Assembly: GCA_965205505.1 (NCBI GenBank)
Contig: CBDBHB010000009.1
Location: 288,001 to 352,000, forward strand
Reading direction: 5' to 3'
DNA length: 64,000 nucleotides
DNA from: Acidobacteriota bacterium
Lineage (GTDB): Bacteria; Acidobacteriota; UBA890; WLXD01
Both the position numbers and the translations under genes were made by a program. How positions within the stretch are numbered: the stretch's first letter is position 1; each line of letters begins with the position of its first letter. Below, in pieces: positions 40,939 to 50,222 of this stretch. The notes below the pieces were generated by a model that was not told where the DNA came from, did no database searches, and saw nothing but the letters and a program-made list of their open reading frames with translations.

Positions 40939-42306
40939 ATGAACAGAGTTCTTCAGCACCCTGCTAGGCAACTTCTCTTCGGATCGATAGTGCTGTTGGC
41001 AACTATCGCGGCGACCGTAGCACCCGCCACCCCGCAGCAGCGCTTGCCCCAGGACGAGGCGCGCTCGCAGTGGGAAGTTTCCTGTGCGATACGCAAGGAC
41101 AAGTTCCGCTACGTGTTGCCGGATGCGCTGAGGCGTAATGACGTCGACATGTGGATCGTCATCGATCACGGTCGCGGCAGCGAGCCGATGGTGCGTGATT
41201 TCGGCCCCGATACGAGCAACGGCAACGGCATCTTCGTCTTCACCGACCGGGGTGACCGGGTGGAGACGGCAGCGCTAGGCGGCGAGACCGAGATGATCGA
41301 GAGCTGCGGCGCCTACGACATCGTCGGCTCCAAGCGCGAACTGACCGCCTTCGTGCACGAACGCGACCCGCAGCGGATCGCCCTCAACTTCCTGGATCAC
41401 GACAACGACATGGAGGGGTTGTTTATCGCCGACGGCCTGTCGCACAGCGACTACCAGTTTCTCGGCGAGGAGCTCGGCGAGCCCTACGCCAGTCGCTTCG
41501 TTTCCGCCCGCCATGTGATCGCCGACTTTCGCGGGCCTCGTGTGGCGACGGAGATCGTGGAATTCTCCAAGACCGCCGACCTCACCCGCCGTTACCTGGA
41601 GAGGGCTTTGTCCAACGAGGTGATCACGGTGGGCGCGACGTCGCAGCTCGACATCGCCTGGTGGCTGGAGGAACAACGGCAGCAGCTCGGGGTCGAGCGC
41701 GGCTGGTTTCCAACCGTGTACCTGCACTTGCCCGACGGCAATGAGATTGCGGCTACCGACAGGGTCGTGCAGCACGGCGACGTCATGCAGATCGATTGGG
41801 GAATCGGGCGAAACAACTTCTACACCGACATGAAACGCTTTGCCTACGTGCTGCGCGAGGACGAAACCGAGGTGCCGCCGGGGATCCAAAGGGCCTTCGA
41901 CATGTCCAAGGTAGTCGGCGACATCGTTCGTCAAAATGTCGGAGTCGACATCGTCGGGCAGGTGCAGCTGGATCGACTCAAGCAGATCATCCGCGACGCC
42001 GGCTATGTGTACACCGAGCGCGAGCGCGCCAGCGACGTCGAAGGCATCGAGGTCAACGTGGGCATGCACGCCGCCGGCAACCTGGGCCATGACATGACCG
42101 CGTCGATGTTCCAGATCTATCCGTTCCGCAGTCAGTACATCGTGCGTGCCAACAGCATCATCTCGCTCGAGTACATCGTCTTCGTGCCAGCTCCAGAATG
42201 GGGCGGTCGCAAGGTACCCGTGAACGTCGAGGAAAACGCGCTGGTCACCGAGCACGGCATCGAATGGATCGTGCCGCCACAGCAGCGCGTCATGGTGATT
42301 CGTTAG
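40939..42306 (+). CDS. Secreted M24 (Xaa-Pro aminopeptidase-like) protein
   Basis: IRKDKFRYVLP, ERALSNEVITVG, GDVMQIDWG, TDMKRFAYVL, EENALVT. Confidence 0.8.
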   Translation: MNRVLQHPARQLLFGSIVLLATIAATVAPATPQQRLPQDEARSQWEVSCAIRKDKFRYVLPDALRRNDVDMWIVIDHGRGSEPMVRDFGPDTSNGNGIFVFTDRGDRVETAALGGETEMIESCGAYDIVGSKRELTAFVHERDPQRIALNFLDHDNDMEGLFIADGLSHSDYQFLGEELGEPYASRFVSARHVIADFRGPRVATEIVEFSKTADLTRRYLERALSNEVITVGATSQLDIAWWLEEQRQQLGVERGWFPTVYLHLPDGNEIAATDRVVQHGDVMQIDWGIGRNNFYTDMKRFAYVLREDETEVPPGIQRAFDMSKVVGDIVRQNVGVDIVGQVQLDRLKQIIRDAGYVYTERERASDVEGIEVNVGMHAAGNLGHDMTASMFQIYPFRSQYIVRANSIISLEYIVFVPAPEWGGRKVPVNVEENALVTEHGIEWIVPPQQRVMVIR

Positions 42307-43271
42307 CTACGCCTGTGGTTCGTGGTTGAGCTGCTCGCCATCAGGCACAGCAGCTCGAACATCAGGCTGCACGCCACCAGCGCCGTATTGCCGGTCGGGT
42401 CCAGCTGCGGCGACACCTCGACGACGTCGGCGCCGGCGATCTCGAGCCCTTCCAGACCGCGGATCAGCCCTTGCAGCTCGCGTACGTTCATGCCGCCGGG
42501 CTCGAGTCCACCCGTGCCCGGTGCGTAGGCTGGATCCAGCACATCGATGTCCACGGTCACATAGCAAGGCCCCGTGCCGAGGGCTTGCCGACTGCGAGCG
42601 ATCACCTCGTCCTGGCCGTGCGCGTAGAGCTCGTCGATGTTGATGATGACCACGCCCTGCTGGCGCGCCCAGTCGAGCTCGTCGGCGGCGAACAGGGTGC
42701 CACGTATGCCGATCTGCACCGTTCGCCGCGGGTCGACGAGGCCCTCTTCGATGGCCCGCCGAATCGGCGTGCCGTTGGCGTAGCGCTGTCCGAGCATGGT
42801 GTCCTGGGTGTCGGAGTGGGCGTCGATCTGCATCAAGGCGACGGGGCCGCCTCGGGCGACGGCCCGGAGGATCGGCAGCGTCACCGTGTGATCGCCGCCG
42901 ACCGCCAAGGGGAGCGCGCCGTCATCGCCGATGCCCTCGAAGAACTGCTGCACGCTTTTCAGAGTTGCATCCATGTCGAGCGGGTTGACCGGGGCGTCGC
43001 CGACGTCGGCAATCCGGCACCGATCGAACGGCGCTATTCCGCTGAGGTAATGGGCCCGCCGGATCAGCCGCGACATCTCGCGAATCTGTGCGGGGCCGTG
43101 ACGCGCGCCGGCGCGAAACGAAGAGCCGCCGTCGAAGGGCACGCCGCACAGCGCGATGTCGAGCCCTTCGGCGCCGCGCTGCTGGGCGGCGCGCATCAAA
43201 GTGGCGACCTCGGACGACCGAGGCGTCTGATTCACGTCCACCTGGCGCAGCTCGTCGTCCGGTCGGGTCAT
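42303..43271 (-). CDS. speB: Agmatinase/ureohydrolase
   Basis: GVPFDGG, GARHGP, GGDHTV, DAHSD, VDIDVLDPAYAPGTG. Confidence 0.85.
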   Translation of the reverse strand: MTRPDDELRQVDVNQTPRSSEVATLMRAAQQRGAEGLDIALCGVPFDGGSSFRAGARHGPAQIREMSRLIRRAHYLSGIAPFDRCRIADVGDAPVNPLDMDATLKSVQQFFEGIGDDGALPLAVGGDHTVTLPILRAVARGGPVALMQIDAHSDTQDTMLGQRYANGTPIRRAIEEGLVDPRRTVQIGIRGTLFAADELDWARQQGVVIINIDELYAHGQDEVIARSRQALGTGPCYVTVDIDVLDPAYAPGTGGLEPGGMNVRELQGLIRGLEGLEIAGADVVEVSPQLDPTGNTALVACSLMFELLCLMASSSTTNHRRS

Positions 43272-43359
43272 TTCGAGCAGGTCATCTCAATGGGCCTCCG
43301 GTCGACGGATCGCGCTCTGGTGAGCCCAGAGGCCCACCGTCGCTGATCGAACACAATAT

Positions 43360-43591
43360 ACAATCTTGGCCGGGCACCGGATCGGTGAGCCTGTTGGCCG
43401 GCATGATGAGCTGGGTGTTTCTGGAGTGGCTGGCGACCCCCTACCCGGCCGATCTGATTGCCGCGTGCATCGGATTGGTGACCCTGGTTCTGGTGACCAT
43501 CGCAACGTCGCAGCGGTTCGAGCCGCTGCCGCTGTGTGACGTTGACGGCAGTTTGATTGTCTGCCATCGTTCAGATCCAGTGCATTCCTGA
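43360..43591 (+). pseudogene. Sodium:solute symporter-like C-terminal fragment
   Basis: SLLAGMMSWVFLEW...PADLIAACIGLVTLVLVT. Confidence 0.35.
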
Positions 43592-43708
43592 GTTGACCTA
43601 TTAGTCCCTAAGCATCAGTAGAGTCAGATAGTTACGAGTATTCGTCCATCTTGCGTGTTCCCGGACAATCCGCTACATTCCCGCCTTTAATGGCGGAATG
43701 AGAGGGGG

Positions 43709-44962
43709 ATGCATAATATGTCCGATGCGCAGGCAACTGCACCGAAACCCAGCCCTCGGCGCAAGAGCGGCAAGCACCCGGAGCGGGCCCTGTCGGCGGC
43801 GTTCGTACGCACGGTAATGAAGCCGGGCCGGTACTGCGATGGACACGGCCTGTACCTGAACGTGATCCCGAGCGGAGCGCGCAGCTGGGTACAGCGGATC
43901 GTGATCCAGGGCCGTCGCCGGGAACTGGGTCTCGGAGGCTACCCCTTGGTGTCGCTGTCGGAGGCGCGCGAGGTGGCATTTGCCAACCGCAAGCTGGCCC
44001 GTGCCGGCGGTGACCCGCTGACAGACAAGCGCCGGGCCGAGGGCATGCCGACGTTCGCGCAAGCAGCGGCCAAGGTGTATGAGATGCACCGCCCCGGGTG
44101 GCGCAACGCCAAGTATGCGGCGCAATGGAAAACGGAGTTGCGCACCTATGCGTACGGGCGCATCGGTGAGATGCCGGTGTCGGAGGTGACGACGGCCGAG
44201 GTGTTGGAGGTACTGGGTCCGATCTGGCATGACAAGGCCGAGACCGCACGGCGGGTGCGGGCGCGCATCGGTGCGGTGATGAAGTGGGCCATGGCGCAGG
44301 GGTACCGTGGCGACAACCCGGCTGGTGAGGCGATCACCCAGGCGCTGCCACGGCACCGCAAGCGGCGACAGCATATGCGGGCGTTGCCGCATGCCGAGGT
44401 GGACGGTGCGATCGAGGCGGTACGGGCTTCGGATGCCTCCGGGGTGGTGAAGCTGGCCCTGGAGTTTCTGGTGTTGACGGCGGCCCGCTCCGGCGAGGTG
44501 CGGTTGGCTACCTGGCAGGAGATGGACCTGGAGGCGAGGGAGTGGACTCTTGCACCCGAGCGCATGAAGTCGAACCGGGCGCACCGGGTACCGCTATCGG
44601 GCCGGGCAATGGAGATCCTGCGCCAGGCGCGGGGGCTCAGGGATGGCGAGGGGCTGGTGTTTCCGGGAGCACGGGCCGGCAGGCCGCTGGCGGACGCGAC
44701 CCTTTCCCGGGTGCTGCGGCAGTTGGGCATTGAAGCGGTACCGCACGGGTTTCGCTCATCGTTCCGGGACTGGGCGGCGGAGTGCACCAACGCACCGCGG
44801 GCGGTCATGGAGGCGGCGCTGGCGCATGCGGTGCGCGACCCCACCGAGGCGGCCTATGCGCGCTCCGACCTGCTTGAGCGGAGACGGCGGCTCATGGATG
44901 ACTGGGCCGCCTACGTGACTGCTGAGGGCGGCAAGATTGTGCCGCTGCTGCGTCATGGGTGA
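43709..44962 (+). CDS. P4-like tyrosine integrase with Arm DNA-binding domain
   Basis: DGHGLYLNV...LGGYPLVSLSEAR; catalytic R (ARSGE), K, HGFR, LAH, Y (AYARS). Confidence 0.95.
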   Translation: MHNMSDAQATAPKPSPRRKSGKHPERALSAAFVRTVMKPGRYCDGHGLYLNVIPSGARSWVQRIVIQGRRRELGLGGYPLVSLSEAREVAFANRKLARAGGDPLTDKRRAEGMPTFAQAAAKVYEMHRPGWRNAKYAAQWKTELRTYAYGRIGEMPVSEVTTAEVLEVLGPIWHDKAETARRVRARIGAVMKWAMAQGYRGDNPAGEAITQALPRHRKRRQHMRALPHAEVDGAIEAVRASDASGVVKLALEFLVLTAARSGEVRLATWQEMDLEAREWTLAPERMKSNRAHRVPLSGRAMEILRQARGLRDGEGLVFPGARAGRPLADATLSRVLRQLGIEAVPHGFRSSFRDWAAECTNAPRAVMEAALAHAVRDPTEAAYARSDLLERRRRLMDDWAAYVTAEGGKIVPLLRHG

Positions 44963-45686
44963 AAAAATGCGCCCGGGGCAACCCGCTCGGCGGCGGACGA
45001 AGTTCCTCGGTTCTCTACCGCCTCTGCGTGCCGTCTTAGATGAAGCCCAGCACGAGGAGTGTAGCCGACAGCTCCAAAAGCATCTGACACGATACACGGA
45101 GCACCAGGAGCGCATTTCCGACGACGATGCGCGTGAGCTCGTGCGTTTGTACTTCGCCCTGGACAGGATGTGGAAGGACCCAGAGATTGCCCACAGCTAT
45201 AGAATTTCGTGGCTCGCTGGTCTTCGCTTGGATCAAGATGACGCCCCCCGCGACGAGCGGGTTGAACGCGCTGTCGAACAATCACGCACCAGCCTCTTGC
45301 ATTGGGACGTGCTGGCGTGGACGTTCGGGCGCACCCAAGGCAAACGTCCACTCGGGCAAGCCCTGCACCGTTGGGTGAGCGACGTGATCCATGGCAAGCG
45401 TCTGCGTCCAAAAGACGGCAAAGGCACCCCGGGGCCGGCCTCCAAGATGGCCGACCGAGATGCCGTGCTCTGCTGGGCGGTCCATATGCTGAAGGCGTGC
45501 GGCATGAGCGCCACGATCAATGAAGCCACGGATGAACAGCAGTCCCCGTCAGCCTGCCACATCGTGGCTGAGCTTCTCGCCGAAAGAGACCACCCCGTGA
45601 AGGCATACAACACCATGCGCGGTATCTGGCGGCGTAGGCAGATCCGGGAGATATCGGTCGCGCCATTCCCCGGGCCGTGGGCGTGA
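44955..45686 (+). CDS. Hypothetical satellite protein between integrase and AlpA
   Basis: About 243 aa, overlaps the integrase stop; helical, possible C-terminal HTH. Confidence 0.65.
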   Translation: MGEKMRPGQPARRRTKFLGSLPPLRAVLDEAQHEECSRQLQKHLTRYTEHQERISDDDARELVRLYFALDRMWKDPEIAHSYRISWLAGLRLDQDDAPRDERVERAVEQSRTSLLHWDVLAWTFGRTQGKRPLGQALHRWVSDVIHGKRLRPKDGKGTPGPASKMADRDAVLCWAVHMLKACGMSATINEATDEQQSPSACHIVAELLAERDHPVKAYNTMRGIWRRRQIREISVAPFPGPWA

Positions 45687-45763
45687 GTTTCGGAAACTCG
45701 CACCCATGACTTCCTGAGCCACCTCGCACACTCTGAGGACTCCTGAGACCGAAGGAGTCTTCC

Positions 45764-45988
45764 ATGAGTCAGCAAGTCCTTCTCAAGCGTCCTGAAGTCG
45801 AGCGGATCACGCGGCTGTCACGCTCGGCGATCTACGCCGCGATGGATGCGGGGGAGTTCCCCCGTCCGGTGCGCATCGGTCGCCGAGCCGTAGCCTGGCG
45901 GCTGGCGGACATCGAGGCGTGGTTAGCGAGCCGTCCGACCGCGCTGCCGGGGGGCGATCAGCCTGCCTCTCGCCAGCCGTCAACGTGA
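45764..45988 (+). CDS. alpA: AlpA-family excisionase/regulator
   Basis: LKRPEVERITRLSRSAIYAAMDAGEFPRPVRIGRRAVAWRLADIEAWL. Confidence 0.92.
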   Translation: MSQQVLLKRPEVERITRLSRSAIYAAMDAGEFPRPVRIGRRAVAWRLADIEAWLASRPTALPGGDQPASRQPST

Positions 45989-45989
45989 C

Positions 45990-46247
45990 GTGGCCAGCGC
46001 GGAGCAGATCGTCCGCGCGCTCGAGGGTCGATCCAACGGATATGGCATGGCCCCCTGCCCGGCGCACGAGGCCCGCAACCCGAGCCTGAGCGCGACAGAG
46101 CGCGACGGGCAGGTGCTGTTGCACTGTCACGCCGGATGCATGCAGGAGGCGGTCCTGGAGGCCCTAAGGGGCCGGGGTCTGGACATTCGACAGCCCAACG
46201 GGCTCAACGGTACCGCCTGTGTCGGCGACCGAGGCGAGGTCGCGTAG
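45990..46247 (+). CDS. Stand-alone primase-type Zn-finger domain
   Basis: APCPAHEARNPSLS...VLLHCHAGC. Confidence 0.75.
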   Translation: MASAEQIVRALEGRSNGYGMAPCPAHEARNPSLSATERDGQVLLHCHAGCMQEAVLEALRGRGLDIRQPNGLNGTACVGDRGEVA

Positions 46248-48379
46248 TGGAGCGGCTGCGTCAAGTCCGGACACGGCACGAGGAGCGCGCGCTGCCGCAC
46301 TGCGACGAGGCCGAGCGGGCGATCCTCGGCGCGGTGCTGCTCGACAACCAGGCGTTCAACACCGCCACGCAGATCCTGACTCCGGACGACTTCTTCGGCG
46401 AGGCCAACCGGTTGATCTATGAGGCAATGGCCGGATTGTCGGAGCGCTCCGAGTCCATCGACACGGTGACCGTGCGCGTAGAACTGACCCGCCGCGACGC
46501 GCTGGAGCGGGCGGGCGGAGCGGCGCACGTCAGTGGCCTGATCGATGGCCTGCCAGCAGCGGCCAACGTCGAGCAATACGCGCGCATCGTGCGCGAAGCG
46601 TCTCGCTGCAGGCAGCTTGCAGGACTCGGCCAGGGGCTCGTGGACGATGCCCTCGAGCCGGGAAGCGACCCTGCCGATCTGATCGCCCAACTGCACGAGA
46701 ACCTCGAGCTGGTCGCTGCAGCCGACGATCCCGCCACGCCACCCGGTGTAACTCTGCAGGAATGGCTGGCGGCCCCCGAACCGCCGCTTGACTGGAGAAT
46801 CCCCGGTTGGCAACCGCAGGGAAGCCGGGTGATCGTCTCTGCCCAATACAAGGCAGGGAAGACGCGGCTGGTGGCCAATGTCGTGCGATCGCTCGTCGAT
46901 GGGGCCGACTTCCTCGGCACGCATCCGGTGGCCCCTGTAGCCGGGTCGGTGGCGCTGCTGGACTTCGAGATGGGGCCACGACAGCTTCGCGCGTGGCTCC
47001 GCGACCAGCGGATCGAGAACGAAGACCGCTTCCGCGTCTACCCGCTACGTGGTCAGTGCTCGAGCTTCAACATCCTAGAGTCCGGTATCCGGGCGGCGTG
47101 GGCCCGGGAGCTCCGCGCATCACAGGTGAGCTATTTGGTGCTTGATTGCCTCCGTCCCGTGCTCGACGCGCTGGGCCTCGACGAGCACCACGATGCCGGT
47201 CGGTTTCTCGTCGCCTTCGACACGCTGCTCGTGGAAGCGGGAGTTTCCGACGCACTCCTCGTGCATCACATGGGCCATGCTGGAGAGCGATCGCGCGGGG
47301 ACTCGAGGCTCCGCGATTGGCCCGATGTCGAATGGCGGCTCGTGAGATCCGGCGACGATCCGGCGGCGCCCCGCTACCTCACGGCCTATGGGCGCGACGT
47401 TGATCAGCGCGAGTCAGCGCTGCACTTCGACCCGGACACCGGACGGCTCACGCTCACGGAGGGGTCCCGGCGGGACGAACCGCTGCGGAGATGCCTCGAG
47501 GAAGTCCTGGCGTTTCTGAAGTTGCGGGATGCCCCACAGTCGCAGCGACAGGTAGAGGTGGCGCTGCGCGGCGACCATACCCGTAAATCGATCCGGGAGG
47601 CGCTCGCACTGGGCAAGCGGCGCGGCCTAATACGGGCCGAACCGGGACCCCGGAATTCCATTCTGTACAGTCTCGTGAACGAGTGCGCCGGAGTGCGCCG
47701 CGAGTGCGCCGGCGCAGTGGAGTTGAGTGTGCCGCGACAGCCATACGGCGCATGTCGCTGGCCTATGACACAGTGCTGGTGTGCGGCGAGAAAGCCGGGC
47801 CGCCCGCCCGCAGCGAGGGTGGCCCGAGGGGCTTCGGGCTTCATCAGCTGGCACATGAGCAAGCTCGTCGGCGCCCTAGAGCCCATCGACGTCACGGGGG
47901 CGATAAATCGACCCCGATACGGTTGCAAAAGACCCTGTTCTTCGTTTCAGTGCACCTGTGTCACCAGCTCCCCTTGGCTCGCTGGTGGCTTTCGGAGTCC
48001 GCGTTTTCGTGCTGGTCGCGGAAGCACAGGTGCAAGGAGTATCGGAATGTCCGAACGTATCCTCTCGGCCCTGGTCGTCGTCGTGGCGATCCTGGCAACC
48101 ATCCCGGCCGTTGCCGAAGCGGTCCCGTACGCGGGCCTCGCCCTCGTTATCCTCGGTTTGGTTGCCGGTGTGATGGACGCGAGTGCTGATGTCAACCAAC
48201 GGATCGCGGTCTATGTGCTGGCTGTGGCACTGCCCGTCTTCTCCGACAGTCTTGACGCCATCCCAGTCGTCGGAGCATGGGTCAATTCAGTGCTCGACGG
48301 TGTTGCGACCGCCCTGCAGGGCATGGCCGTCGCGTACATACTGATGCAGGCCAAGGCTAGGATCATGCCCTCCGCCTGA
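46247..48379 (+). CDS. DnaB N-terminal-like domain + AAA_25/RepA helicase + wHTH; recognisable part ends near 47680 and the frame reads through into unrelated sequence
   Basis: LPHCDEAERAILGAVLLDN (DnaB-N); AQYKAGKT, LLDFEM, LVLDCL, VHHMG, RGDSRLRDWPD. Confidence 0.75.
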   Translation: MERLRQVRTRHEERALPHCDEAERAILGAVLLDNQAFNTATQILTPDDFFGEANRLIYEAMAGLSERSESIDTVTVRVELTRRDALERAGGAAHVSGLIDGLPAAANVEQYARIVREASRCRQLAGLGQGLVDDALEPGSDPADLIAQLHENLELVAAADDPATPPGVTLQEWLAAPEPPLDWRIPGWQPQGSRVIVSAQYKAGKTRLVANVVRSLVDGADFLGTHPVAPVAGSVALLDFEMGPRQLRAWLRDQRIENEDRFRVYPLRGQCSSFNILESGIRAAWARELRASQVSYLVLDCLRPVLDALGLDEHHDAGRFLVAFDTLLVEAGVSDALLVHHMGHAGERSRGDSRLRDWPDVEWRLVRSGDDPAAPRYLTAYGRDVDQRESALHFDPDTGRLTLTEGSRRDEPLRRCLEEVLAFLKLRDAPQSQRQVEVALRGDHTRKSIREALALGKRRGLIRAEPGPRNSILYSLVNECAGVRRECAGAVELSVPRQPYGACRWPMTQCWCAARKPGRPPAARVARGASGFISWHMSKLVGALEPIDVTGAINRPRYGCKRPCSSFQCTCVTSSPWLAGGFRSPRFRAGRGSTGARSIGMSERILSALVVVVAILATIPAVAEAVPYAGLALVILGLVAGVMDASADVNQRIAVYVLAVALPVFSDSLDAIPVVGAWVNSVLDGVATALQGMAVAYILMQAKARIMPSA
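47681..47734. repeat. Iteron-like direct repeats (candidate replication origin)
   Basis: GAGTGCGCCG at 47681, 47691, 47702; GAGTGTGCCG at 47725. Confidence 0.7.
48047..48379 (+). CDS. Small membrane protein
   Basis: Own AAGGAG RBS + ATG; MSERILSALVVVVAILA..., about four hydrophobic segments. Confidence 0.7.
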   Translation: MSERILSALVVVVAILATIPAVAEAVPYAGLALVILGLVAGVMDASADVNQRIAVYVLAVALPVFSDSLDAIPVVGAWVNSVLDGVATALQGMAVAYILMQAKARIMPSA

Positions 48380-48733
48380 CTTTACTGCCGCAGGGCGGTT
48401 GCTCACGGGCGCACCGCCGGAGCTGGACGTGAACCTGGGCGCCCCGCGCTGCCCGCAGCCGACCGCCTGGTGGCGGCGCAACATCGGCTTCTCCCCGATT
48501 GCTTGTGGGAGGGGTGCGGCAGCCCCTAACGGAGCGCCCGCCATGCCCGCGGTGAACTGGCCGCGCGGATCTCGAGCAATGACGGGCGACGAGCTCGCCA
48601 ACGCGATGGCATCGCCCCCAGCTTGGCCGCCCGAAGACAGGGCCGGCCCGACTCTCTGACTGGAGGCCGCAATGCTTGAGCTCGTCGTCGCCGCCTTCGA
48701 GTGGATCGCCGGGCCGCAGTAAATACCTCGCCC

Positions 48734-49075
48734 ATGATCACTACGTACACGCTCACGCGCGACGGTGAGCGGGATTTGCGCTTCGACGGCGTCAGGATCG
48801 GCGCCGCTGACAGCAAATGGTCCGACGGGACAGAGGGCACGCGCTGGACCGAGCTGGAGCTGTATCAGACCGTACCGGAGCCGTACTACTGCTACGTCCT
48901 CTCCGTCGTCGGCCGCACGCAGTGGCAGGGCGAGCGCAACCGCTACCGCGCGTACGTGTGCAACGATGAGGCCGCCGTGATCGCCGCCCTGGAGGACGAC
49001 AACGACGGCGCATTGGGCTGGCTTGTCAAGGAGCTCCTAAAGGCTGCCGGCATAGAGGCTGTCGAGACAATCTGA
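48734..49075 (+). CDS. Phage-type hypothetical protein
   Basis: MITTYTLTRDGERDLRFDG...RWTELELYQT...VGRTQWQGERNRY. Confidence 0.65.
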   Translation: MITTYTLTRDGERDLRFDGVRIGAADSKWSDGTEGTRWTELELYQTVPEPYYCYVLSVVGRTQWQGERNRYRAYVCNDEAAVIAALEDDNDGALGWLVKELLKAAGIEAVETI

Positions 49076-49076
49076 T

Positions 49077-50050
49077 CCACCACCACCCACCACCACGGGC
49101 CCGGCCTAATGGTCGGGCCCCTGTAGTCGCAGGCAGGGCCCGCGCGCTTCCTGCGCCATCCTGCGAGCTGCTATGCGGTGCCCGGCGGCCCGAGATCCGC
49201 CACCACCACCACCACCACCACCTGGCGCCAGGCCAGGCCCGCCCCCCCTGGCCCCGGCGCGCCGAGTAGCTTTGCGGCCGATACATGCGCGAGTGTAAAG
49301 TGCGACGCATGCGGGCCCGATATGGTGCATGGAGCGAAGCAGAGCTGGCCGACCACGGCGCGAACCTGGAGCGCCTCGTGTGGCTTGTCGCTTGCGACAT
49401 CGACGAGTCAGACGACGGCCGCGCCATCATCGAGGCCAGCTGATGCTATTAACCGATGCGTTTGTGTGGGTCGTCATTTTTCTGATTGGCTGGGTTATCT
49501 CAGCATCGGGCGAGTAGGCGATCGCGCCGGCGCTCGAGTTCGTCGCGAGCGCAGGGCAAAGAACTCATCTGGTAGACACCACCACCACGGGCCCGTGGTG
49601 CGTTGTATGTGACCCGCATCACATACTGCGGCCCGATCATCGGCCGCGAGCTCGGCGTACGGTCCTGGAGCCACCACGGCCCCCGAGCGGGTCCCCTTGG
49701 CCGGCTGGCCACCACCACCGGCCGCGCCGGTGCGCGTCACCACGGCCCCGCGCGCCGGTGGAGCGCCACCACGGCCCGCTAACGCGATCGAGGCCCCTAG
49801 GCGATCTCAGGCCCGGCCGGTGGCTCGCGTGCGATCCTGGAGCCACCACCGGCCCCGCGGGCCCGCCATGGCCGGCCATACCTCCTAAACCTGGACACGC
49901 GGTACATGTGGTACGGAACAGGCTCGCCGGCTGGCCACCACCACCGCCTGGCGTCATGTTGTGAGTGCGCTGGCGCACTCGGCGCACTCGATCCGAGCCA
50001 CCACCCCCGCCCCCTCGAGGCCACCACCACGCGCCGAGATCTCGAGCCCC
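49077..50050. repeat. Strand-biased CCACCAC-rich, internally duplicated non-coding region
   Basis: About eleven CCACCAC/(CAC)n clusters; repeated CCTGGAGCCACCAC(C)GGCCCCG and GCCGGCTGGCCACCACCACCG. Confidence 0.75.
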
Positions 50051-50129
50051 TAACACGCATTTATGGGCCCATGCTCGCGTGCGCTCTAGCACCATCCATC
50101 CGTGCGCGTAACCCTATGGGGGTCAGTCA

Positions 50130-50215
50130 TTTACGGGGGGCCATCAAAGTTCGCGGCGGGCTACCGCTCTAGACCGTCGTGTGCCATACGACTTGTAAGC
50201 AACGAAAAATTTTGG
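50130..50215 (+). other. Candidate cos (cohesive-end packaging) site
   Basis: GGGGGGCCATCAAAGTTC...CTAGACCGTCGTGTGCC...CGAAAAATTTT, resembling the layout of HK97-like cos regions; adjacent to the HNH gene. Confidence 0.5.
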
Positions 50216-50222
50216 GCATAGT

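Noticed and set aside
46136-48379. Genuine 747-aa helicase-membrane fusion protein
   Set aside because: The linker crosses the iterons and looks non-coding, and the membrane ORF has its own RBS/ATG at 48047; likely read-through after loss of a stop.
49077-50050. CRISPR array
   Set aside because: Repeats are short, irregularly spaced and variable; there is no constant repeat-spacer period and no cas gene in the window.
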